A stretch of DNA of 64,000 bases from Vicinamibacteria bacterium (GTDB lineage: Bacteria > Acidobacteriota > Vicinamibacteria > Marinacidobacterales > Marinacidobacteraceae): NCBI GenBank assembly GCA_964291235.2, contig OZ219815.1:1152001-1216000 (forward strand), in the 5' to 3' direction. Made by a program: the position numbers and the translations under genes. This document shows positions 48,598-57,930 of this stretch, piece by piece. The notes beneath the pieces are model-generated. The model did not search any database, was not told where the DNA came from, and saw nothing but the letters and a program-made list of their open reading frames with translations. Positions within the stretch are counted from its first letter, which is position 1; each line of letters opens with the position of its first letter.

Positions 48598-51500
48598 TCA
48601 CCGGTTGCCCGTCCCCGGCGGGACCCGGACCACCCCCGGAATCCCCTCGCCCTCGAGCATCCGGTTCGCCTCCGGCAACTCGGATTCGAGCACCCGCTGG
48701 AGTTCCGCCCGCTGCGTCTCGAGCCGCTCCCGGAGGATCGAATGCACCTCGCGCATCTGGTCGGTGGGCGGGAAGTCGGCGCTCTGGACAGCGATCGCGA
48801 GGTAACCGACCCGGCCGGCGAGCATGTTCGGCCACCGAATCTGGTCCTGTCCGGTGCCGGTGACGGCCATCGGGATGAGCCGTTCCTCGACCGCGATCAG
48901 CGAGCCCTCGAGCCCGTCCACCGCCGAGGCGATGGCCTCGACCTGGTTCTTTTCCTCGGCCAGCGACTTCGCGTCGAGCAGTTGCCGCCGCAGCCACTCG
49001 ATCTCGTTCACCATCTCGGCGACGGTCTCCATGTCGTCACGGAGTTCGCGGAGGAGCGCCGTCTGGGCGGCGATGTCCTCGAGCGTGCCCTCGCTATGCG
49101 GGTCCTTCATGACCTCGAGGCTCGCTTCGCGCGTCTCGTCGCCGACCTGCAGTTCGACCTGGTAGGTCCCGGGCGGGGCGAGGATCGCGATCCGGGCGCC
49201 CCCCGGCGCGGACCGTGACCGGTCCTCGTCGAGTTCCACCCAGTCCGCTCCCGTGGGCTGGGTCCGGAGCAGCATCTCGGTGGACTCGTCTTCGCGGAGG
49301 TTCCACCACACCCGGTTGAGCCCGGCGTCGCCGCTGCCGTCCATGGTGCGGATCGTCTCGCCGGCGGCGTTCTTCACGACCACCTTGACGCCTTCGGCCT
49401 CGTCGTCGAGCCAGTAACTGATCGGGCCACCGTAGGGCGGGTTCTCCCCGGCCGACCAGTCGTCGAACTGCGCGAAGGGAGCGGTGATCGGGTGGAACCG
49501 GTAGACCGACCGGGGCTCGAAGAGGTGCACGGACGCCGCCTCGACCTCATCCGTCCACTGCTGGAGCGGCGAGATGTCGTCCATGATCCAGAAGCCGCGC
49601 CCATAGGTGCCGACCACCAGGTCCTTGAAGCGCTCCTGCACCGTGATCCAGTACATCGGGCTCGGCGGCAGCCCGTTCGCGAGCCGCTGCCAGTTGTCCC
49701 CGTCGTCGAAGCTCACGTAGAGGAAGTTCTCGGTGCCGAGGTAGAGGAGCCCGGGCCGCACCGGATCCTCGCGGATGTTCCGGGTGTAGCTGAGCGGGCT
49801 GTCCTTGACCCCGTTGACGATCCGCTCCCACGACGCGCCGAAGTCCCCGGTCTTGTAGACGTAGGGCGCGAAGTTGCCCACCTGGTGGGCCTCCACGGTC
49901 ATGTAGGCCTTTCCGGCCTCCCACTTCGAGGCGTCGATGTTCCGGACGACGCCCTCCTCCGGCATGCCGGGGATGTTCGCGGTGACGTCGGTCCAGTTCG
50001 CCCCGCCGTCGCGGGTGACGTGCATGAAGCCGTCGTTGGTGCCGGCCCAGATTACCCCCGCCTGCACCGGGCTCTCGTCCACCGCGTACACCACGCAGCA
50101 GTACTCGACGCCGATGTTGTCCGGGGTGAGTCCCCCGGAAATCGTCTGCCGTTCCTTGTTGTTGGAGGTCAGGTCGGGGCTGATCTCCTCCCAGCTCTGG
50201 CCGCCGTTTGTCGTCCGGTGGACGTGCTGGCTGCCGACGTAGACCGTGTTCCGGTCGTGCGGTGAGATCAGCAGCGGGAACACCCACTGGAACCGGTAGC
50301 GGAGCGACTCCGCCGGCCAGCCCACGGTGCTCTCGGGCCAGACCTCGACCTGGCGGAACTGCCGGGTGGTCTCGTTGTAGCGGACCACGATCCCGCCGGC
50401 CGCGCCGAAGCCGGACGCGCTCGACCAGACGATGTTCGGATCCACCGGGTCTGGGGTGGCGAAGCCGCTCTCGCCGCCGCCCACTCCGTGCCACATGCCG
50501 CGGGGAATCCCGCTGCCGAAGAAACCGCCGGTAAACGCCCGGCTCGGGCCCCGTGTCGAGGGGCCGTCCTGCCGGTTCCCGAGGACGTTGTAGGGAATCG
50601 CGTCGTCCACGGTCACGTGGTACATCTGCGCGAGCGGGAGCTGGATCTTGAACCAGGTCTTCCCCCGGTTCTCCGAGATCGAGACCCCGCCGTCGTGCGC
50701 GACCGCCATCCGGTCGGCGTCCGTGTGGTCGATCCACATGTCGTGGTGGTCCCAGCCGGGGGCGTCGCCAAACCCGTGCACCCGGTGCGTCTTCCCTGCA
50801 TCCAGCGTGGACGCGAAGGAAGCGGTCAGGAAATACGCCTCGTCGCGGTCGTCGGGCGCCGCGGCACAGCGCGAGTAGTAGGCGTTCCGCCCCGCGAGGT
50901 TGCGGTTGTGGGTCTGGATCGTCCAGGTCTTCCCGCCGTCGCTGGAGGCCCAGAGCTCGCCGCTCTCGACCTCGCCGGTGCTCCAGTCCACCGAGTCCAC
51001 GCCGAAGTAGGGCACGCCGTCGCTGGTCTCGATGAGCGCGTACACCCGCCGGGAGTCCGACTTGCTCATGCACAGCGCGATCTTGCCGACGTCACTCATC
51101 GGCAGGCCGTTGCCCTCGAGCTCGGTCCAGGTGTCGCCGCCGTCCCGGGTCATGTAGAGCCCGCTGCCCGGACCGCCGCTCATCCGGCCCCAGGTCCGGA
51201 GCGCGAGCTGCCACATCCCGGCGAACAGGATCCGGGGGTTGTTCGGGTCCATGACCATGTCGGAGGCCCCGGTTTCCTCGTCCACGAAGAGGACCTTTTC
51301 CCAGGTCTCGCCGCCGTCCATCGTGCGGTAGACCCCGCGCTCGGGCTGCGGCGAATAGGCGTGCCCGATCGATGCCGCGTAGACGATGTCGGGGTTCGTG
51401 GGATGGATGATGATCCGGCCGATCCGCGCGGTGGCGTCGAGGCCCATGTGCTGCCAGGTCTCCCCGGCATCGGTGGACTTGAAGACCCCGATGCCGATGG

Positions 51501-51840
51501 AGACGTTGGCCCGGATAAAGGTTTCGCCGGTGCCCGCCCAGACGATGTTCGGGTCGGATTCGGCCACCGCCAGCGCGCCGATGGCGTGGACCTCCTGGTC
51601 GTCGAAGACCGGCCGCCATTTGAGGCCGGCGTCCTCGGTCTTCCAGATCCCGCCGGTGGCGGCTCCCGCGTAGTAGACGTTCCGGTCGCCGGGAACGCCG
51701 GCGACCGCGAGGGTGCGGTTTCCAACCGGACCGATGTGGCGGAACTTGAGCCCGCCGAGCTGATCGGGCGCCGGCTGGGCGAATGCCGCGGCGGGAATTC
51801 CGAGCGCGAGGCTCAGGAAAAGGCTGATTCCAAGTCGCAT
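48598..51840 (-). CDS. VPS10/sortilin-like BNR-repeat glycosyl hydrolase, copy 2
   Basis: Signal peptide MRLGISLFLSLALGIPAAAFA; collinear close paralogue of 42863-46093. Confidence 0.88.
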   Translation of the reverse strand: MRLGISLFLSLALGIPAAAFAQPAPDQLGGLKFRHIGPVGNRTLAVAGVPGDRNVYYAGAATGGIWKTEDAGLKWRPVFDDQEVHAIGALAVAESDPNIVWAGTGETFIRANVSIGIGVFKSTDAGETWQHMGLDATARIGRIIIHPTNPDIVYAASIGHAYSPQPERGVYRTMDGGETWEKVLFVDEETGASDMVMDPNNPRILFAGMWQLALRTWGRMSGGPGSGLYMTRDGGDTWTELEGNGLPMSDVGKIALCMSKSDSRRVYALIETSDGVPYFGVDSVDWSTGEVESGELWASSDGGKTWTIQTHNRNLAGRNAYYSRCAAAPDDRDEAYFLTASFASTLDAGKTHRVHGFGDAPGWDHHDMWIDHTDADRMAVAHDGGVSISENRGKTWFKIQLPLAQMYHVTVDDAIPYNVLGNRQDGPSTRGPSRAFTGGFFGSGIPRGMWHGVGGGESGFATPDPVDPNIVWSSASGFGAAGGIVVRYNETTRQFRQVEVWPESTVGWPAESLRYRFQWVFPLLISPHDRNTVYVGSQHVHRTTNGGQSWEEISPDLTSNNKERQTISGGLTPDNIGVEYCCVVYAVDESPVQAGVIWAGTNDGFMHVTRDGGANWTDVTANIPGMPEEGVVRNIDASKWEAGKAYMTVEAHQVGNFAPYVYKTGDFGASWERIVNGVKDSPLSYTRNIREDPVRPGLLYLGTENFLYVSFDDGDNWQRLANGLPPSPMYWITVQERFKDLVVGTYGRGFWIMDDISPLQQWTDEVEAASVHLFEPRSVYRFHPITAPFAQFDDWSAGENPPYGGPISYWLDDEAEGVKVVVKNAAGETIRTMDGSGDAGLNRVWWNLREDESTEMLLRTQPTGADWVELDEDRSRSAPGGARIAILAPPGTYQVELQVGDETREASLEVMKDPHSEGTLEDIAAQTALLRELRDDMETVAEMVNEIEWLRRQLLDAKSLAEEKNQVEAIASAVDGLEGSLIAVEERLIPMAVTGTGQDQIRWPNMLAGRVGYLAIAVQSADFPPTDQMREVHSILRERLETQRAELQRVLESELPEANRMLEGEGIPGVVRVPPGTGNR

Positions 51841-51868
51841 GGGGTTGTCCTCCGTACGGGACCGGGGC

Positions 51869-53203
51869 CTACGCGGGGTCGTCCGCTGGCGGGCGCCCGT
51901 CGTTTTGTCGTCGGAAATAAAGGTATACGGGAATCCCGGCCGCGGTGATGCCGAGGCCGATCAGGGCGTCCCGCGGGTCCGTGAGCAGGGTGTTCACCAG
52001 CAGCGCGGCCGAAAAGATCGTGAAGATAGCCGGGAGGAGCGGATAGCCGAAGGCGCGGTAGGGCCGGTCCAGATCGGGCCTCTTCCAGCGGAGAACGAAG
52101 ACGGCCGCGCTTCCGAGGCCGTAGAAGAGCCACGAGACGACCACCACGTAGGTGAAAAGCTGGTCGTAGCTGCCGGTCAGCGCGATACCGGCCGCCCAGA
52201 GCCCCTGAGCGAGGGTGGCGTTCTTCGGGACCGCCCCCGGGCTCAGCCGGGCGAAGGAACGGAGGAAGGCCCCGTCCCGCGCCATCGCGTAGTACACCCG
52301 GGCCCCGGTGAAGATGAATCCGTTCGCCGCCGCGAAGCAGGAAACCATCACCGCGAGCGAGACGAGTTGGGCGCCGAGGCGGCCTCCCGCGAGGCCAGCG
52401 GCGTCGGCGGCGACCGTCTCGGTGCCGACGAAGCCGGTGAACGGCAGCGCCTTCAGGTAGGCGAAGTTGAGCAGCAGGTAGATGCCGATCAGCAGCACCA
52501 GGCTGAGGGAAATGGCGCGCGGCAGGAAGCGTTGGGGGTTTTTCACCTCGCCCCCGACGAAGGTGATGCTGATCCAGCCGTCGTAGGCCCACAGCGCCGC
52601 CACCATGGCGGCGCCCCAACGGGCCGCGGCCGAACCCTCGAGGGGAAGCCGGGCCCGGGCGATGGTTTCGACGGATTGGTCGCCGAGGGATACGCAGAGC
52701 ACCACGATCGCGCCCGCCATCACCAGCTTGGCGATCGTGGTGAGGTTCTGGGTGTCGGCCGAGGCGCGCACGTTCCGGCAGTTCCAGAGCGACAGCCCCA
52801 GGATGAGGATCACCACCGCCGCCTTCGCGGCGACCGGACCGAGCGGCACGAACTCGGCGCCGTACTCGACGAAGACGACCGCGACCGCGGCGATCGAGGC
52901 GGTCTGGATGACGGCGAAGAGGCTCCAGCCGTACAGGAACCCGACGAGCGGGTGGTAGGCCCGCTCCAGGTACACGTACTCGCCGCCCGCGTGCGGGTAG
53001 AGCGCGGCGAGTTCGGCGATCGCGAACGCCCCGCAGAGCGAAATCGCCCCCGCGCCGACCCAGATGAGCGCCGCGCCGCCTGCCGAACCCGTCGAGGCGA
53101 TCACGTAGGCGGGGACCACGAAGATCGCCGACGCGAGGATCGTCCCGATGTTGACGTAGAGCGCGTCGCCGAGACGCAACTCCCGCCGCAGTCCCTGAGC
53201 CAA
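51869..53203 (-). CDS. APC-family amino acid permease
   Basis: LRRELRL..IGTILASAIF, AELAALYPHAGGEYVYL, LWAYDGW, GEVKNPQR, RPYRAFGYP. Start (TTG 53203) approximate. Confidence 0.9.
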   Translation of the reverse strand: MAQGLRRELRLGDALYVNIGTILASAIFVVPAYVIASTGSAGGAALIWVGAGAISLCGAFAIAELAALYPHAGGEYVYLERAYHPLVGFLYGWSLFAVIQTASIAAVAVVFVEYGAEFVPLGPVAAKAAVVILILGLSLWNCRNVRASADTQNLTTIAKLVMAGAIVVLCVSLGDQSVETIARARLPLEGSAAARWGAAMVAALWAYDGWISITFVGGEVKNPQRFLPRAISLSLVLLIGIYLLLNFAYLKALPFTGFVGTETVAADAAGLAGGRLGAQLVSLAVMVSCFAAANGFIFTGARVYYAMARDGAFLRSFARLSPGAVPKNATLAQGLWAAGIALTGSYDQLFTYVVVVSWLFYGLGSAAVFVLRWKRPDLDRPYRAFGYPLLPAIFTIFSAALLVNTLLTDPRDALIGLGITAAGIPVYLYFRRQNDGRPPADDPA

Positions 53204-53294
53204 GAATCCGAGGGTACAGGAATCGGACGGTCGAAACGCCCATAGCAGCTTGCGCTCACGGTGCAGCCGGCACGGGACCGCCGGCCAGTTCTCC

Positions 53295-53445
53295 CGGTGG
53301 GGGCCTCCAGACCGGCACAGGCCGCCGCAGGCGGGCGGCGGGAAGGTGGTTCCGCTCTCGGCGGGAACCCCAGCAGCCTTGGTGTCACCCAGGCAAGGGA
53401 AAGCCGACCTCCAGGCCGACAACGCTGCGCAGAGCGCAACGAAAC
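53295..53445. repeat. REP/REPIN-like element, family B (degenerate)
   Basis: GGCCTCCAGACCGGCACAGGCCGCCGCAGGCGGGCGGCGGGA and TGGTTC..TCGGCGGGAAC..CAGCCTTG.TGT..CAGGCA.GGGAA.GCCG.CCTCCAGGCCG match the 30935-31045 segment. Confidence 0.65.
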
Positions 53446-53492
53446 CTCGTCCGGACCATGCCGGTGACGGCCCGCCCCACTACGATGCCGCC

Positions 53493-53987
53493 GTGATCAG
53501 CAACGGCGTCCCGGAGATCAGCGACCGGGACCTCAACCTCATGCGCGCCGCCCTCGCGGAAGCCGAGCAGGCCGCCCGCCACGGCGAAGTCCCCGTCGGC
53601 GCGGTGGTCGCGAAAGACGGCGTCATCCTCGCTGCGGCCCGAAACCGCGTCCTCGAGACCGGCGACCCCACCGCCCACGCCGAGATGCTCGCAATCCGCG
53701 CCGCCGCAGAACGGATCGGCAACTACCGCCTCACCGGCTGCGACCTCTACGCCACCGTCGAACCCTGCCTGATGTGCGCCGGGGCCAGCGCCCACGCCCG
53801 CATCCGGAGGCTCGTTTACGGCCCCCCGGAGCCCAAATTCGGTGGAGTAGAATCGAAGGTCGCGCTGGATGGCTTGGGACTAACGCACCACCTCACGGTG
53901 GTTTCGGGAGTGCTGGCTGACGAAGGACGCTCGCTCTTGCAGCGTTTCTTCCAGGAGCGTCGGCGGGCTCAAAGCCCTGCCGAGTGA
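53493..53987 (+). CDS. tadA: tRNA-specific adenosine deaminase
   Basis: GEVPVGAVV, DPTAHAEMLAIR, TVEPCLMCAGA, FFQERR. Confidence 0.93.
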   Translation: MISNGVPEISDRDLNLMRAALAEAEQAARHGEVPVGAVVAKDGVILAAARNRVLETGDPTAHAEMLAIRAAAERIGNYRLTGCDLYATVEPCLMCAGASAHARIRRLVYGPPEPKFGGVESKVALDGLGLTHHLTVVSGVLADEGRSLLQRFFQERRRAQSPAE

Positions 53988-54016
53988 CTTCCGGCGCACC
54001 TTGCCCAACCAGGCCC

Positions 54017-54109
54017 GGAGAGGTACCGAAGTGGCCGTAACGGGGGCGCCTCGAAAGCGCTTTGTCCGGTGAAGAGCCGGGCACGTGGGTTCGAATCCCA
54101 CCCTCTCCG
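54017..54109 (+). tRNA. tRNA-Ser(CGA), CCA not encoded
   Basis: Acceptor GGAGAGG/CCTCTCC with G discriminator, anticodon arm GGCGC-CTCGAAA-GCGCT, long variable arm, GTGGGTTCGAATCCCAC T-arm. Confidence 0.95.
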
Positions 54110-54312
54110 CTGCCGGGGGGTTTCCCGGGGGTGCCGATTCGCTCCCGGAAGATCGCCGTAACCCCCGTATAAACCGTGGTATACTGGCTCTCATAGCCGC
54201 TTTGCCGTTCCCTTCGAATTCGGGGGGTTCCGGCCGAATTCGTGGGACCGTTCGGGGTTCGAGTTCGAATTGCGAGTTCGATCCCACGAAAAAAACGCGG
54301 TAGGAAAAACCG

Positions 54313-55482
54313 ATGGCAGCGATGACCGCAGCGAAGGCGAAGGCGCTCCGGGAGCCGGGCAAGTACCGGGCCGAGCAGACCCTCTATCTCCGGGTGAGGC
54401 CGAGCGGCCGAAAGTCCTGGGTGCAGCGCCTCACCATCCACGGGAAGCGCCGCGACATCGGCCTCGGGCCGTTCGAGCTGGTGTCCCTGGCCGAGGCCCG
54501 GATCAAGGCGTGGGAGAACCGGCGCGCCGTGTTCGAGGGGCGCGACCCTCTGGCCGAGCGCCGGCGGGCGAAGGCCCCCACCTTTCGGGAAGCCACGGCC
54601 CGGACGCTGGAAGGACTGCGCTCGCAGTGGCGAAATGGGAAGCATGCGGCGCAGTGGGCGACGACCCTCGAGACGTACGCATTCCCGACGCTTGGGGAGC
54701 AGCGGATCGATTCGATTCGCGGAGAGGACGTCCTGCGGGTTCTGCTGCCGATCTGGACGGCGAAGGCGGAGACGGCGCGGAGGGTCCGCCAGCGGATTCG
54801 GGCGGTGCTGTCCTGGGCGCAGGCCCACGGTTTTACGTCCGGCAACGTGGCGGCGGAGGGAATCGACGGCGCGCTACCGAAGGTGAACGGCCGGAAGACG
54901 CATTTCCGCGCCCTTCCCTACCAGGAGGTAGGAGAGGCCCTGGCGGTGGTGGACGGATCCCCAGCAAGTCTCGCGGCCCGTCTCTGTTTCCGGTTCCTGG
55001 TCCTGACCGCGGCGCGGTCCGGCGAGGCTCGCGGGGCGCGTTGGAGCGAGATGGATATGAAGGCCCGCGAGTGGCGCATCCCCCGCGAGCGGACGAAAAC
55101 GGGTGCGCCGCATCGGGTCCCCCTGTCTAACGAGGCGATGGCCGTTCTGGAGCGGGCGCGTGCTTTGGACGACCGTAGCCAGGTGGTGTTTCCGGGCCGC
55201 CAGCGCGGGCGGGAACTATCCGACATGACGCTGACGAAGATCCTCCGGGAGCGGGGGTTGGCGGACCGGGCCACCGTCCACGGATTCCGCTCTAGCTTTC
55301 GCGACTGGTGCGCGGAGGGGGGCGCGCCGCGAGAGGTCGCGGAAGCAGCGCTGGCGCACACGGTCGGGGGAGTTGAGGGGGCGTATTTCCGCTCTGATCT
55401 GTTCGAGCGCCGCCGGGCGCTCATGGAGTCCTGGGGAGCGTTCCTGACTGACTCGACGCGAGCTCGGGCTGTGCCAGGGTAG
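54313..55482 (+). CDS. P4-like tyrosine integrase with Arm DNA-binding domain
   Basis: LYLRVRPSGRKSW..GLGPFELVSLAEAR; LTAARSGEARGARWSE, TVHGFRSSFRDW, ALAH, AYFRSDLFERRR (R-H-R-H-Y intact). Confidence 0.95.
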   Translation: MAAMTAAKAKALREPGKYRAEQTLYLRVRPSGRKSWVQRLTIHGKRRDIGLGPFELVSLAEARIKAWENRRAVFEGRDPLAERRRAKAPTFREATARTLEGLRSQWRNGKHAAQWATTLETYAFPTLGEQRIDSIRGEDVLRVLLPIWTAKAETARRVRQRIRAVLSWAQAHGFTSGNVAAEGIDGALPKVNGRKTHFRALPYQEVGEALAVVDGSPASLAARLCFRFLVLTAARSGEARGARWSEMDMKAREWRIPRERTKTGAPHRVPLSNEAMAVLERARALDDRSQVVFPGRQRGRELSDMTLTKILRERGLADRATVHGFRSSFRDWCAEGGAPREVAEAALAHTVGGVEGAYFRSDLFERRRALMESWGAFLTDSTRARAVPG

Positions 55483-55656
55483 GGATCCTAGGAGTCAGCT
55501 CAGAACCCGCCGCACAACTCCGTGTCGCACTAGCGGCTGCGTCGTCTCATAGCTGACGACCACTACATTCGGCCAAACTTGGCTAGAGCCGCGCCCGTCG
55601 ATCCGTCACGACGATGTCGCAACCCCTTCTTTCAGGCACCGGTCGCTCAACCTGGT

Positions 55657-56076
55657 CTAGCGGCCGAAGCCGGACCCGGCTCGATGTCCGCTTGGCACAA
55701 ACGGGTTCTCTAGAAAGTTGTCGTCGAACTTGTCCAAGCTGGAACGCGCTGCCTTTGCCATCTCTCGAATCAGCGTTTTGAGATTCACGGCGGTCTTCTC
55801 CGCGAAGTAGCACTTCAGGGCTCGGACCACGTTGTCATCGCCGTAGTAGGCAACCGCGACCTCGTTTAGCGCGACAAACGGCTCGCCGGGCCCTCGATGG
55901 GACGCCATCGCGGCCGTCAACAGGTGTCTGCTACCCAACAAGCGCCGGAGCACGTCGCGCTTCGGCGCGAGGATGTGCGTACGACGGGTCCACCACAAGC
56001 TGACTGCCGCGATGGTCACCGCCGTACCCGAAGCAATCAGACCCCAGTCTGTGACTGCGACTTGGTGACAGTCCAC
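55657..56076 (-). CDS. Hypothetical single-TM protein (DUF6680-like)
   Basis: N-terminal TM, KRDVLRRLLGSR, ALNEVAVAYYGDDNVVRAL, LIREMAK pattern. Confidence 0.65.
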   Translation of the reverse strand: MDCHQVAVTDWGLIASGTAVTIAAVSLWWTRRTHILAPKRDVLRRLLGSRHLLTAAMASHRGPGEPFVALNEVAVAYYGDDNVVRALKCYFAEKTAVNLKTLIREMAKAARSSLDKFDDNFLENPFVPSGHRAGSGFGR

Positions 56077-56236
56077 TTATTTCGTCCTCCTAGTTCTCGT
56101 GCTTGAGAGTGCAACTCCGCTCAGAGGCGACCGTTCATCCGGGAAACCGTGAAGAGCAAACCGACCGAATGCGCGTAGTCGATTCTACGAACGGCAGCCC
56201 TCTTGGGCCGTGGTGATAGTCATCGAGGACACAGGA

Positions 56237-56266
56237 AGTGTGCCATAACTGCCATTGTCAAGGACT
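56237..56266. other. lox-like recombination site, left (IRL)
   Basis: AGT-GTGCC-ATAA-CTGCCA-TTGT-CAAGG-ACT: dyad arms around a 6-bp spacer; 13-bp core is the exact reverse complement of 57703-57715. Confidence 0.78.
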
Positions 56267-56430
56267 AATGTGTAGCTGATAACACACTACTGTCACGCTA
56301 TGTCATGTTCGGTGGGTTTACAGGCGCTAGTTGGTGATTTTCGATCACGAGAGGCGGATCGGCACGGAGCCACACTCGCGCACCGATCCCCAACGCCGAT
56401 TGGGGCGGGGACCCGGCCGCGCGCAGCGAC

Positions 56431-57468
56431 CTAGAGGAAGGCGGCGCCCGCATGGTCCTCGAAGGCTTCCGCTTCCCGGATGTACCGCAGGACCGTGCGA
56501 GGGCTGGTGTGCCTGGTGATTTCCATGATCTTCTCCAGCCGCGCTCCATGGATCGCCGCGCTGGTCACGAACCCCGCTCTAAGCGAATGGCCCGAGTAAT
56601 CCGCAGGATCCAGCCCAATCGCTTGCACGTAGTGCTTCACCAGACGTGCTACGTCGGAGGGGTGCATCGCCCTTCCCTGCACGACTCCGCCCTGCCGCAT
56701 CGTCTGGAAAACCGGTCCGCGGACTATTCCCGCCAGCGCGAGCCACTTTTTCAGCCGCGCTACGGGCCGGACCAGGCTCCCTTCCGGTACCGGAATGCTC
56801 TGGCCTTCGCCGAACTGGTCGGTCTTGGACTTCCGGATGTGGACGAACATGCCGGAGGCACAACGCGCCGGGCCCAGAAACTGAAGGTCTCGCAACTGGA
56901 GCCCGCAGATCTCCGACCGGCGCAGCGCCGCTGCGAAACCGATGGCAATCAACGCCGCGTCCCGCGTTGCGATGCGCCGGAACCTCCCGTGTGCCGCGAA
57001 CACATCACAGCGTGACAGCATGCGAGCAATCTCGTGCTCCCGTAGCGCCTTCACCCGCCGCGGCTGTCCATCCGACAAGCGCCTGAGCCCCTGCAGGACC
57101 CTGTTCACCTTCGGGTCGGTCGTCGGTGGAATCCGGCCCGCCTCGCGATACCGCCGATTGATCCCGGCCAGGAAGATCCTCAGGGTACCCACCGCTAGAG
57201 GCCTTTCACTACGCGTCGTGGTGTCTCGAGCTTGAAGTCCTGAAGCCAACGTCACCAGAAAGCCGGCGACGGTGTCGGGCGTCGCAGCCATGGGATCGCT
57301 TTCGTTCTCTTCGCAGTAAGCGGTAAACCGCTGCCAGCCTCTCTCGTAGGCGGCGTTGGTGTTTGCGGACACGGATGTCCGAATGGCCTCGGTCACCAAG
57401 GACTCGGCGCCGGTTCGCTGTTCGTGCGCTTTGTCGCTCGAACCTCGCTTCGCTAGGGCCTGGGGCAA
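56431..57468 (-). CDS. Cre-like tyrosine recombinase (putative invertase)
   Basis: SAM-like N-domain (TNAAYERGWQRFTAYC), RDAALIAIGFAAALRRSEI, IRKSKTDQ, HSLRAGFVT, TRH..TVLRY. Confidence 0.92.
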   Translation of the reverse strand: MPQALAKRGSSDKAHEQRTGAESLVTEAIRTSVSANTNAAYERGWQRFTAYCEENESDPMAATPDTVAGFLVTLASGLQARDTTTRSERPLAVGTLRIFLAGINRRYREAGRIPPTTDPKVNRVLQGLRRLSDGQPRRVKALREHEIARMLSRCDVFAAHGRFRRIATRDAALIAIGFAAALRRSEICGLQLRDLQFLGPARCASGMFVHIRKSKTDQFGEGQSIPVPEGSLVRPVARLKKWLALAGIVRGPVFQTMRQGGVVQGRAMHPSDVARLVKHYVQAIGLDPADYSGHSLRAGFVTSAAIHGARLEKIMEITRHTSPRTVLRYIREAEAFEDHAGAAFL

Positions 57469-57695
57469 GGATCGGTCCTCCTGGACCGCAGGCCTCGCGA
57501 GTGTTCCCGTTTTCCAGTCGACGCCGGCTCACCGAACCCTCGGTTGGCCGTCACCGACGCAGTCCCCGCGGAAGGTGTAGTCGGACGGTCAAAAACGCGC
57601 GTCGAGCGGGGTCGGCTTGGCGCGCCGAGCAAGAAGGGGCTCGCTCTCCAGCGCAAGTTGGCCGCATTCCAAGTCATTGAATCTAGGCCACCAAT

Positions 57696-57725
57696 AGTAC
57701 CCGACAATGGCAGTTGTGCAGGAGT
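57696..57725. other. lox-like recombination site, right (IRR), inverted relative to IRL
   Basis: AGT-ACCCG-ACAA-TGGCAG-TTGT-GCAGG-AGT; spacer TGGCAG is the reverse complement of CTGCCA. Confidence 0.78.
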
Positions 57726-57930
57726 AGTGTGTTTCCGATGGCACGGAGCCAACGCGGCCGCGCGTAGTCGCGCTCTGGTGAGCGGCCTGCGCTGGTGCGA
57801 CTCAGTTCAGAGATCGTGCTTGAGGCTCCAACGTGCCGCCAGCCCTTCACCTAAGTGCCGAATTGAGCCGGGTCGCCCGCAACAAGTCCAGTTGTCGCGA
57901 GCAAACCGCGGGTGCCGTTGCTCTGCGAGG

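Noticed and set aside
56237-57725. Interpretation as IS terminal inverted repeats or an excisable cassette
   Set aside because: The enclosed gene is a tyrosine recombinase, not a DDE transposase. Each end is itself a dyad with a spacer, no target duplication is evident, and inverted spacers predict inversion rather than excision.
57544-57930. Upstream extension of the adhesin ORF to 57544
   Set aside because: Non-protein-like sequence that crosses the right recombination site; the signal peptide indicates a start near 57931.
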